Assembly: GCA_041736305.1 (NCBI GenBank)
Contig: JBGSTX010000273.1
Location: 1-51,246, forward strand
Length of the DNA: 51,246 nt
Direction: 5' to 3'
DNA from: Oligoflexus sp.
GTDB lineage: Bacteria; Bdellovibrionota_B; Oligoflexia; Oligoflexales; Oligoflexaceae
This document shows, one piece after another, positions 20,131 through 28,796 of the stretch; the stretch's first letter is position 1, and every line of letters starts with the position of its first letter. A program made the translations under genes and the position numbers. Under the pieces are notes generated by a model that was not told the DNA's origin, searched no databases, and worked only from the letters and a program-made list of their open reading frames with translations.

Positions 20131-20712
20131 CTATTCAAGAGACCCGACTGTACTTGAGCCTCGATGCAATTGCAATGGCGCAAGGGAGAGTTCGTAAAGC
20201 TGTCTGGACTCCGTTTTGATGATGCGCGGCAGGAGCCAAAGGGAGTACGCCCAGATCAAAAAAGAGATTGGATTCGTGCCGAAGAAAAACAGAAACCCTA
20301 AGCCCTGAAGAGCGCGACTCATGTACTCTGGGTGTCGCAGTATGCGGTAAGGACCCTTGTTGACGCGCGGCATTCCTGGTACGAATACACAACGCTTCGA
20401 CCACAGGCGTCCAAGAGCTCTCATCGAGCCGATAGAAAGGGCTGTACCTGAGAGAACCAAGCCAAGGCCCAAGAGGGGGTGGTCATTAAGTCGCATTGAA
20501 CTCGGCATGAGACGACTTGTTAAAAAAGCTAGCCAGGGTAGCAGATAGACCCAGGTGTAGTAGGATGACATGACACGCGGGATGAGTTCTTCACCATCAA
20601 CTGCTTTAATAAAAGCATAATTATAACCATGGACACGACGCTCGGCAAAATGAACGAGCGAGGTCGCTGCCAAGACGCAGAAGCTAGGGAGTTCAACGAA
20701 GAGCTGATCCAC
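20131..20712 (-). CDS. Isoprenylcysteine carboxyl methyltransferase (ICMT) family membrane protein
   Basis: Multiple TM segments with MRALGRLWS, GPYRILRHPEY and a downstream conserved Glu (IKTE). GTG start with AAAGGA upstream. Confidence 0.75.
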   Translation of the reverse strand: MDQLFVELPSFCVLAATSLVHFAERRVHGYNYAFIKAVDGEELIPRVMSSYYTWVYLLPWLAFLTSRLMPSSMRLNDHPLLGLGLVLSGTALSIGSMRALGRLWSKRCVFVPGMPRVNKGPYRILRHPEYMSRALQGLGFLFFFGTNPISFLIWAYSLWLLPRIIKTESRQLYELSLAPLQLHRGSSTVGSLE

Positions 20713-20847
20713 CGCGGGTCCTTTCGCATAGCTTGGAGTGTCCGTTGACTCTTTCAGTATCCTAGCATAATCGGATAAGGAATTTAATCTGGTCCTGATC
20801 CGAATTTCTCAGTTTTTCCTGGTTTTTGTTTGCGGAGCCGAAGCTAT

Positions 20848-22899
20848 ATGATTGACCTTTCTACTTTGAATCCGCCTCAGTATGAAGCGGTAACACAGAT
20901 CCATGGCCCTGTGATGATCATCGCGGGAGCTGGCACCGGCAAAACACGGGTCATTACATTTCGGATGGCCCATATGCTCCGAAACAAAATCCTTCCACAG
21001 GAGATTGTGGCCCTAACTTTTACCAATAAAGCTGCAAAGGAAATGAAAGAACGGCTCATAGAGCTAGCTGGCAAGGCCGCCAAGGGCATTTTTATTGGTA
21101 CTTTTCATAGTTTTTGCCTGCGCATTCTACGCGAATTTGCTCACGATGCAGATCTTGATGCACGTTTTTCCTTAGCTGGAACAGCCGATCAACTCGATCT
21201 CGTAAGAAAAGCTTTGGAAGAAAAAGGCTGGCAGGGACTCTACCGTCCTGAAGACATTCTCTTTAGGATCAGCGCTGCAAAAAATGCCCTCTTGCTCCCA
21301 GACGAAATCCTAGCCGCCCAAGGTTCCAAATTAAACGATAAGGACCCTGCGGTTCTAGCTATTGTTTATGACCTTTACGAAAGGCAGTTGAAACTAAATC
21401 GAGTCATCGATTTCGATGACTGCATCTTCAAAGCCGCTCTGCTCCTGAGGAAAGTGCCAGCGCTTTGCCAAAAACTTCAGGATAGGTGGCCCTACTTTCT
21501 TGTAGATGAGTTTCAAGATACCAATTTCTCCCAGCTTTATCTTTTGGAAATGCTGGCACAAAAGAGGGGTAATATCTGCGTCGTTGGTGACGATGACCAG
21601 TCAATCTATAGCTGGCGCGGTGCTTTGGTCGAAACTCTCGATCGATTTGAATCGAGTTTTAAAGGCACGCGGCTTATCAAACTAGAGCAAAACTACCGCT
21701 GCTCGAACGTGATCCTGAATGCTGCTAACACTGTTATTCGTAACAACGAGGGACGCAAGAGCAAGACGCTCTGGAGTGCCTCGAAGAATGAAGATCCCAT
21801 TACCCTGGCTTCGCACGTCGACGATGTTGCTGAGGCCCGCTGGATCGCTCTGAAGTGCTTCAGCCTCATGGGAAAAGGGGTGAAACCGAAGGAGATTGGC
21901 ATCCTTTATCGAGCGAATGCGCAAGCTAAGAATTTAGAGCTGGCTCTTCGAGAGCAAAAGGTGCCCTACAAGGTTTTCGGTGGGTCGAGCTTTTTCGAGA
22001 GGAAAGAAGTTAAAGACTTTCTTTCCTATTTTCGCCTTTCCGTCAATCAGGATGATCGTTTGGCTTTCTGGCGGGTCATCAATACTCCAGCGCGTGGAAT
22101 CGGCCTTAAGACTTTGGAAAAGATTGAAGATCAGGCAAAACAGCACAACATAAGTCCCTTCGAAGTTCTTCAGCGAGGACTCGTCAATCTCGACCAAAAA
22201 ACCTCTCAATCCGCTCAGTTTTTTGTTTCAACTTTGAAAGAACTGCATCTCAGCCCCCTGGTCGACAGCGAAAATCTCGAACAAAGAGGCCTGCGGATTA
22301 TCAAAGACTTTGGGCTGGATGATGAGATTCGTAACAAGACGAGTCATGAAGGATCTCGCCGTCGCAAGCTGGAGGCCCTCAAGCGTCTACCAACATGGAT
22401 TAAGGAATTAGCCGAATCGCAGATCGAGGAAAAAGGGCAGCTGCAGCTCATAGACCTCTTGGACCAATTGAGCCTCAGCACCGATGGCACTCCAAGCAAG
22501 GACAAAGGCCCCAGTAATCAAGTATCGCTGATGACGATACATGCATCGAAAGGTTTAGAATTTCCCAACGTCTTTGTCTGTGGTATCGAAGAAGATCAGC
22601 TGCCTCATAAAAACAGTGTAAACTCCGAGCTAGGTCTCTCTGAGGAAAGGCGCCTCTTCTATGTTGCCCTGACTCGAGCCAAAGAGAAGCTGCACTTAAG
22701 CTATGCTCGCGAACGTTTTTCACAGTTCAAAAAACAAGAGAGAAAGCCTAGTCGTTTCCTTGAAGAGTTGCCTAACAAAGGTGTTGTGACTGAGCATGAT
22801 GCGGAGATGCGAGAGAGAGTGTCGGAAAACGAGAAGAAAGAAATCAATATGAACCGGCTTTCAAAACTCAAGGATTCTCTTAGAAGCGGATTTCGCTAA
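20848..22899 (+). CDS. SF1A ATP-dependent DNA helicase, UvrD/Rep/PcrA family (Rep-like C-terminus)
   Basis: Motifs AGAGTGKT, TFTNKAA, VDEFQD, VGDDDQSIYSWRGA, LEQNYR, MTIHASKGLEF and EERRLFYVALTRA. Confidence 0.95.
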   Translation: MIDLSTLNPPQYEAVTQIHGPVMIIAGAGTGKTRVITFRMAHMLRNKILPQEIVALTFTNKAAKEMKERLIELAGKAAKGIFIGTFHSFCLRILREFAHDADLDARFSLAGTADQLDLVRKALEEKGWQGLYRPEDILFRISAAKNALLLPDEILAAQGSKLNDKDPAVLAIVYDLYERQLKLNRVIDFDDCIFKAALLLRKVPALCQKLQDRWPYFLVDEFQDTNFSQLYLLEMLAQKRGNICVVGDDDQSIYSWRGALVETLDRFESSFKGTRLIKLEQNYRCSNVILNAANTVIRNNEGRKSKTLWSASKNEDPITLASHVDDVAEARWIALKCFSLMGKGVKPKEIGILYRANAQAKNLELALREQKVPYKVFGGSSFFERKEVKDFLSYFRLSVNQDDRLAFWRVINTPARGIGLKTLEKIEDQAKQHNISPFEVLQRGLVNLDQKTSQSAQFFVSTLKELHLSPLVDSENLEQRGLRIIKDFGLDDEIRNKTSHEGSRRRKLEALKRLPTWIKELAESQIEEKGQLQLIDLLDQLSLSTDGTPSKDKGPSNQVSLMTIHASKGLEFPNVFVCGIEEDQLPHKNSVNSELGLSEERRLFYVALTRAKEKLHLSYARERFSQFKKQERKPSRFLEELPNKGVVTEHDAEMRERVSENEKKEINMNRLSKLKDSLRSGFR

Positions 22900-23792
22900 T
22901 CTTCGGGATCCAGGTCGATAATCCCCTGATCCCGAACAAAATTCTTCAGATTCTGGATTATTTTTACTTCTAACTGCCGGGCACGCTCTCGGCTAATACC
23001 ATAACGCGTGCCGATTTCTTGAAGAGTATGTGGGCTGTCGTTGAGAATCCTGTCATTGAAAATTTCCAGGTCGCGACCCTTAAGGGTTTGGCGAAACTGG
23101 TGGAGATGCTCGCCGAAAACCGAGCGTATCTCCTCGGTCAAGAGCTGGTCTTCGGCGCTGACACCCGGAGCAGCTAACATAGAGCCCCGCGTAGGTCCGT
23201 CGCTCTCGTCATCAGCCCCGACCGTGGCGTCGAGAGAAAAATCGGGCGCGCTAAGGCGCATTTGCATATCAATAACGTCCTTTTCTTTGACGTCTAGACT
23301 AGCAGCCAGCATTTTGGTGTCGACATGATCGTATTCTTGCAGCAAACGATCCATTTCTTTCCTTAGATTAAAAAACAGTTTTCGCTGCGCTGCGGTGGTT
23401 CCGATCTTTACTTGGCTTTTATTATCCATAATGTATTTCAAAATATAAGCACGTATCCACCAGGCTGCATAGCTGGAGAGTTTGACCCCTTTATAGGGGT
23501 TAAATTTCTTTACAGCCTGCATCAGTCCGTAGTTTCCTTCTTGAATCAGATCGAGAAGGTTGGTCTGTGCCTGGCGAAAATCATTGGCTATTTTGACAAC
23601 TAGGCGGAGATTCGAGGTTACAAGTCGATGAGCAGCTGCTATATCTGCATCTTCAAAGTGCTTACGCGCATACTCCAATTCCTCTTCGGGAGATAGAAGG
23701 GGATATTTTGCAATTTCTTGAAGGTAAAGCTGCAGAGGGGAAAGTTTGCTCAGAGCTTGACTCTGAGGACGGGTTGGCAAGTTCTTCGACAT
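22896..23792 (-). CDS. rpoH: RNA polymerase sigma-32 factor
   Basis: Regions NLRLVVKIA, DLIQEGN.GL and YAAWWIRA, the RpoH box QRKLFFNLR, and region 4 TLQEIG..YGISRERARQLE. ATG 23792 has GAGG upstream. Confidence 0.92.
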   Translation of the reverse strand: MSKNLPTRPQSQALSKLSPLQLYLQEIAKYPLLSPEEELEYARKHFEDADIAAAHRLVTSNLRLVVKIANDFRQAQTNLLDLIQEGNYGLMQAVKKFNPYKGVKLSSYAAWWIRAYILKYIMDNKSQVKIGTTAAQRKLFFNLRKEMDRLLQEYDHVDTKMLAASLDVKEKDVIDMQMRLSAPDFSLDATVGADDESDGPTRGSMLAAPGVSAEDQLLTEEIRSVFGEHLHQFRQTLKGRDLEIFNDRILNDSPHTLQEIGTRYGISRERARQLEVKIIQNLKNFVRDQGIIDLDPED

Positions 23793-23832
23793 GGCGTAAC
23801 CTCTGCAAAACCAATAGGATAGGACAGGTAAG

Positions 23833-24765
23833 ATGCCAGGAATCGGGATCATAGCAAATCCCCACTCTAAGTTAAATAAGCGTTCACCCGGCGAACTGAG
23901 TCGATTGCAAGAAATAATTGGCCAAAAAGGCATCTTTACCCAAACCGAGACCCTCCAGCATCTTGATGAGACGATCTGCCGCTACCGTGATCTCAAGCTG
24001 CCAATTTTCGCACTCAATGGCGGCGACGGCACAATTTCTCAGACTCTGACTCGCATCATCCGACTCTTCGGCTCTCAGCCTTTACCTCACATTGCTCTAC
24101 TTCGCGGCGGGACGATGAACCTGATCGCTGCTCAGCTAAAAATCAAGGGACAACCCATAGAGGTTCTTAGCCGACTTCTAGCACAATTAGAAAAGAATCA
24201 AGAGCCAAAGTCCACCAAGCTAACGACGATGAAAATTGGCGAGGTATACGGATTTCTCTATGCTGACCAGTCGTCGACCGCTATCCTGGAAGAGTTCTAT
24301 CGCAACAAGAATGGTCATATCGAAGCCGGGCTACTTTTTGTGCGCCTGGCCAAATCCTTTCTGGTCCGTGGCAGCCTCATAAGGAATATAATTCAGGAGC
24401 ATCAGCTATCGGCAGAGTTCCGACCTCATGGTCGAATTGAGCAAGCCGTACTCGGCTGCTTCGCTGGGACAATCAGCAAGCTACCTCTAGGTTTCGCCTT
24501 TTTGCCTTTTGCCAACAAAAAACCTGGCTATTTTCAAACGACCGTTGTCACGTGTAAGGCGGAAAGGTTACTATGGAATTTACCTTTGCTCATGCTTCAA
24601 CAGAAAGAGGGCCGAGCCGTCGGCAAGCATAATTTCAGCTGCCAGCAGGCTTTGCTGCGCTATGCAAAAGGCGTTCGCTACACGATCGATGGGGAAATCT
24701 ACGAAAACCCAGACGGGGAAGTACTGATCGAGACCGGCCCTGAAATAAGTTTTCTAAGCATTTGA
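23833..24765 (+). CDS. Diacylglycerol/lipid kinase family protein
   Basis: Motifs IIANP.S, GGDGT, L..GT.N..A and C-terminal IDGE. Confidence 0.85.
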   Translation: MPGIGIIANPHSKLNKRSPGELSRLQEIIGQKGIFTQTETLQHLDETICRYRDLKLPIFALNGGDGTISQTLTRIIRLFGSQPLPHIALLRGGTMNLIAAQLKIKGQPIEVLSRLLAQLEKNQEPKSTKLTTMKIGEVYGFLYADQSSTAILEEFYRNKNGHIEAGLLFVRLAKSFLVRGSLIRNIIQEHQLSAEFRPHGRIEQAVLGCFAGTISKLPLGFAFLPFANKKPGYFQTTVVTCKAERLLWNLPLLMLQQKEGRAVGKHNFSCQQALLRYAKGVRYTIDGEIYENPDGEVLIETGPEISFLSI

Positions 24766-25991
24766 TCAAGAGAGTTTTTGAGTCCGCTTCTAGCCACAGC
24801 ACTAAGGTTGATATGGAATACCAAAAGACCAATAGCCCTCAACTCTGGAAGACCACCCAAGGTGAGATAGATTCATCGGCCGCGACTCCCGAGGCTGATG
24901 CAAGTCTTACCGCTTTGCAGGGAGCAAGTACCTCGATGTCACGATCAAAGACTCTGCCGCCACCGCCTGACTGGGCTATCTGCCAGGCATTGAATCTACC
25001 AGATGCAGAGGTGAGCTGGCTGGCTGGTGATGGGTCGGACCGCTGTTACTATAGAATCCGCAGCTCAGCATCTAAGCAATCATACGTCCTCATGCAACTT
25101 TCTGGCGACGATGCCTTGCAACTTCAGCAAGACGGTTATGAATGGGTGAAGATAGGCCGTCTGCTGCATGATCATGGCATCTATGCACCTCAGACCGTAG
25201 CGACAATGCCAGATTTTGCCGCCCTCATCATTGAGGATTATGGCGATGTCATGATGGAAACGCATGTGCTGAAGGCACTCGAAGAAAACCAAACGGAACG
25301 CGCGCTGCAACTTTATCGGCAAGCTTTCCAGATTCTAGGGCGCTTCCTTCAAATCACAAGCACAGGATCTTCCCACTGGCGTGAAAGGTCGTTCGACGCC
25401 CAGCGCCTCAACTGGGAGTTACACTTTTTCCGAGAGCAGTTCTTAGAAGGGGTTCTTAACTGGGTGTTTAATGAAGCGGAAGCTGCTGCGTTTACCAAAG
25501 ATGCGCAAAGTATTGCTCACTTTCTCGCTGACGCATCGCAGTACTTTGTGCATAGGGATTTCCATTCGCGAAATGCAATGGTTAAGGGTCTCGACCTGGC
25601 GGTCATCGATTTCCAAGACGCTCGACTCGGTCCTCCGACCTATGACCTCGTTTCTTTATGCTTTGATTCCTACGTGCCGCTCAGTGCGGAGCAACGCAAA
25701 AAATTAGTCAAAGAAGGCCTTGTGGTATTGCATCAGCACGTTCCCGAGCTTGCTCTGGCGGCGCTGGAGGACGAATGGGGCCCGATGCTACTTCAGCGCC
25801 AGCTCAAGGCTCTCGGGAGTTTTGGTTTTCTGACCATTAAGAAAAACCGCGGTAATTATCTCCGATACGTAGAGCCGGCACTTTCGACTCTGGTCGCTGA
25901 TCATGTTGCCGATGAGAGATGGCCCTTTCTCTCAGGCGCCATGCTGGATGGCCTGCGATACCGTTGGCCTAAGTATGGAAAAAATTCATGA
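24762..25991 (+). CDS. amgK: APH-fold kinase, probable anomeric MurNAc/GlcNAc kinase AmgK (true start may be up to ~175 nt downstream)
   Basis: Motifs LAGDGSDR.YYR, HRDFHSRN, IDFQDA.LGP..YDLVSL and QRQLKALG.F..L. ATGA overlap with the following nucleotidyltransferase. Confidence 0.8.
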   Translation: MIKRVFESASSHSTKVDMEYQKTNSPQLWKTTQGEIDSSAATPEADASLTALQGASTSMSRSKTLPPPPDWAICQALNLPDAEVSWLAGDGSDRCYYRIRSSASKQSYVLMQLSGDDALQLQQDGYEWVKIGRLLHDHGIYAPQTVATMPDFAALIIEDYGDVMMETHVLKALEENQTERALQLYRQAFQILGRFLQITSTGSSHWRERSFDAQRLNWELHFFREQFLEGVLNWVFNEAEAAAFTKDAQSIAHFLADASQYFVHRDFHSRNAMVKGLDLAVIDFQDARLGPPTYDLVSLCFDSYVPLSAEQRKKLVKEGLVVLHQHVPELALAALEDEWGPMLLQRQLKALGSFGFLTIKKNRGNYLRYVEPALSTLVADHVADERWPFLSGAMLDGLRYRWPKYGKNS

Positions 25992-26926
25992 AGGCCTTGC
26001 TCTTGGCGGCAGGTTTAGGGTCTAGATTAAGGCCACTTACTCTTTATCGCCCCAAGCCCCTTTGCCTTTTCTATGGCCAAGCTCTTTTAGATATCGTCTA
26101 TCGCCAGGTGTCACGCGCCGGTGTGAATTCGATCGCTATCAATACCCACCATCTTGGGGAGCGGATAGCCGAGCATGTTTTGGTAAAGCGCGATGTTTAC
26201 GTGAATAAACCCCACATCTCCCACGAGACCGAGATTTTAGGAACTGGCGGCTGCATCAATCCGCTGCGACAATGGATAGGCTCCGATCAACTCTTGATCT
26301 TCAATGCTGATATTATCGCCGACGTCGATCTCACGGCTCTGCTCGCCCAACATGAGCAGAGTGGGGCAGTAGCGACGATGGTTTTGTTGCCGAAGGTTAA
26401 AGCAGGGGCAACTCCCATTTACTGGGACGGACGTCGGCAGATTGAGGCTATTGGTGGGGCGAGCGGCAGTCAGAAGGCGACCTTTGCTGGTATTCATATC
26501 ATCAGTCAGCAGTTTATGGATGCTATTCCCCATACAGGATTTCAGCACATTATTGACAGCTATCAGCGTTTGCTAAAAGAAGGGGCGAGCATTGAAGCCT
26601 TCATCCACAATGGATTTTGGGCTGATCTCGGAACCCCGTCCGACTATATGGAAGCGCACAGGGAGCTTTTGCGTTCTAACCGACGCGAGGAAATAGCGAG
26701 CGGACTTGGCCTCGAATCCAAGATTCGCTGGCTCGATCGCGAGCAAAGTGCATGTCTCGACCAGCCGTTCAGTGGTCCGCTCGAGGATAGTTTCCTCTTT
26801 GGGCCTATACAGAGTACGACTATTCGATCTATACAAAGCTGTATAGTCTATCCATCTAGTCACCTAGAAGGGAAATCACAAATCAATCGTCTTATCATCA
26901 CTCCTGAAGCTGAGTTATCTATCTGA
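25988..26926 (+). CDS. murU: Sugar-1-phosphate nucleotidyltransferase, probable MurNAc-1-P uridylyltransferase MurU
   Basis: Motifs MKALLLAAGLGSRLRPLT..RPKPL, E.EILGTGG, TFAGI and W.DLGTP. Coupled to the amgK-like gene. Confidence 0.75.
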   Translation: MKALLLAAGLGSRLRPLTLYRPKPLCLFYGQALLDIVYRQVSRAGVNSIAINTHHLGERIAEHVLVKRDVYVNKPHISHETEILGTGGCINPLRQWIGSDQLLIFNADIIADVDLTALLAQHEQSGAVATMVLLPKVKAGATPIYWDGRRQIEAIGGASGSQKATFAGIHIISQQFMDAIPHTGFQHIIDSYQRLLKEGASIEAFIHNGFWADLGTPSDYMEAHRELLRSNRREEIASGLGLESKIRWLDREQSACLDQPFSGPLEDSFLFGPIQSTTIRSIQSCIVYPSSHLEGKSQINRLIITPEAELSI

Positions 26927-27169
26927 TCAATTTGTTGTATAGGCTGCTTTACAGGGGATTAGTCTTAGACAAATTTGGGTAATTGTTGAAGGAATTGTCT
27001 AGGCAGATGAAGGCGGTATTTCGTAGAGAGGGAGTGGGAGCTTCGATGCTCGTTTTTAAAATCGTCTTGCTATAAGTCTTCTGCGAAGAAAGTCATTGCA
27101 AAGCAATCTTTAAAACATGCTTTCGTAGCTACACCGTAGAAGTTCATGTGAATATCTAAGGCTTCGCTT

Positions 27170-28312
27170 TTAGATCAAGGAACGCTTCGTTAAATCTTTA
27201 GAAACGCCAGTAAACATATCTTCAAAATTATCGTTGGCTACCTCGTAAACGTTGTTCTTAACTTCTTTGGCCTTTGAAGTCTTAGCTATCTTAGTGCCAT
27301 TAATTTTCTTGGTGGCGTCGACCATTTTCCTGTTGCTGGTGACATCGATGGAAGCTACGCTCGCCGGATCTACATAATAGATCGTGGTGCCCGCAGTCAA
27401 ACGATCTGGATTATCTATGCGGTCGTTTTGACGCCATATAAGTTTCCAGAGTGCGGAGTTGCCGAGAACTCGCGATGCGATGGTGGCCAAGGTGTCGCCT
27501 TGAGAAACCTGTACTTCATTACGCTTCATGCCTTCGTAGGCACTCGCAAAGTTCATTGTTGTTTCGTTTAGCTGATAATAGACAACGTCACCTGGGTAGA
27601 TCAGCTTTGGATTTGCCAGACCTGTGAAATTTGCTATTTCAGTCCACTTATTACCATCACCGTAGATGCGCTGTGCAATTTTCGCGAGTGTGTCGCCCTT
27701 TTGAACAAAGTAAACCATCTTAGAACCGAGTTCAGGGAGTCCTGGACCTGCAGCAATTCCGCTTGGGGCGGCCGCGGCTGGCGGAAAGCTAGGAGTCGTT
27801 GAAATGTTCTCAGTAGCACCTTGCTCAGCGAGCGGTGCAGCATTGTCTGCTGGGGCCTGGCCTCCGATGTTGTCAAAGTTTTGACCTTCACCCTGGGCTG
27901 GGGCTTGATTCGCGAGTTGCGTGTTAGCTCCGTTCATCTCTTCGATGATTTGCTGGAGATCTTGCTCGCCACCTTGGGCTCCTGCATTGTCAGCGACGAC
28001 GTTGTTGGTGTCAGCACCTTGATTGAGGTCAGCACCTTGGTTGTTTTCTGTGTTGTTGGCTAGAGCGTTGTTTTCGTTGTTGCCTTCGGCAGCATTACCT
28101 TCAGCCGAATTGCCTTCGGCTGCATTGCCTTCAGCGGCATCGTTGTTGGTGTTGTTGCCGGCCTCATCGGGATTGGCGGCGTTGCCCTCTTCTCCATTGG
28201 CTGCGACTTCTTCACCGGTCGCAGTCTCAGAGCTCGAGCAGCTGGTTTGTAGTGATGCTAGTGGAAAGAGTAAAAAACAAGCTGTCATAATTCGTGCTAA
28301 AGAGCGTTTCAC
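27170..28312 (-). CDS. Exported (probable lipo)protein with a long acidic low-complexity linker and two LysM domains
   Basis: TAAGGAGG SD before the GTG. Signal peptide ending LQTS-C. LysM domains YFVQKGDTLAKIA...YG...W..IA......NPKLIYPG and VSQGDTLATIA.....W..IW..N..IDNPDRL..G. Confidence 0.88.
   Translation of the reverse strand: MKRSLARIMTACFLLFPLASLQTSCSSSETATGEEVAANGEEGNAANPDEAGNNTNNDAAEGNAAEGNSAEGNAAEGNNENNALANNTENNQGADLNQGADTNNVVADNAGAQGGEQDLQQIIEEMNGANTQLANQAPAQGEGQNFDNIGGQAPADNAAPLAEQGATENISTTPSFPPAAAAPSGIAAGPGLPELGSKMVYFVQKGDTLAKIAQRIYGDGNKWTEIANFTGLANPKLIYPGDVVYYQLNETTMNFASAYEGMKRNEVQVSQGDTLATIASRVLGNSALWKLIWRQNDRIDNPDRLTAGTTIYYVDPASVASIDVTSNRKMVDATKKINGTKIAKTSKAKEVKNNVYEVANDNFEDMFTGVSKDLTKRSLI
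28079..28138 (-). repeat. 4 x 15-bp coding tandem repeat encoding (A/S)AEGN
   Basis: Plus-strand units gttgccttcggcagc, attaccttcagccga, attgccttcggctgc and attgccttcagcggc. Confidence 0.85.
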
Positions 28313-28398
28313 TGATTTTCCTCCTTATGATTGACTGGGTTGACTATCTGATTCAGGGACATAGCAAACCTCCTGGGGAATTGTGGGTACTGCTTTTG

Positions 28399-28426
28399 TT
28401 CTCGGCATGAGAACGCAGTCTCTTTA
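28399..28426 (-). promoter_or_regulatory. Candidate sigma-28 (FliA-type) promoter for the LysM gene
   Basis: Minus strand TAAA-N16-GCCGAGAA, about 85 nt upstream of the GTG. Confidence 0.55.
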
Positions 28427-28668
28427 ATTATTTAAAGATGAAACTCATGCGGGAGCAAGATGCAGGCTTTTCCTTGTTAAGGTCGAGAATTCTTGCCTTC
28501 TCTCGCCTTTTTACTCAGGGACTATACAAGGCCTTCTCAAGAGAATAGGCGAGAGACCGGTGGGGGTGAGCAAGGATAAAGATGAGCTTAAGCAAGATTG
28601 AGTAGCATGAGTCGACCAAACTTGGCGTCGAGTTAGAGTGCGTCTCGAATGGCAGGGGCTTTAGTGGA

Positions 28669-28697
28669 TTGACCACTTTCTAAGCTCCCGTTAAGCT
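28669..28697 (+). promoter_or_regulatory. Candidate sigma-70 promoter of the dcw cluster
   Basis: TTGACC-N17-TAAGCT, about 100 nt upstream of rsmH. Confidence 0.55.
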
Positions 28698-28796
28698 AAT
28701 ACTAGACCTTAGCAAAAATCATCGCGGAAATTTTGATTGCCCGTAAGCCCCCCCTGCATTAAGACTGAGCACCTGCCCATCTGGATGAGGAGGCGT

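Noticed and set aside
23793-23933. N-terminal extension of RpoH
   Set aside because: Overlaps the divergent DAGK gene. ATG 23792 has a good SD and gives a normal sigma-32 length.
28374-28388. MraZ-box-like TGGGN repeats and a possible mraZ remnant
   Set aside because: Only two TGGG units at 10-bp spacing, far from the predicted dcw promoter. The short plus-strand ORFs I translated show no MraZ similarity.
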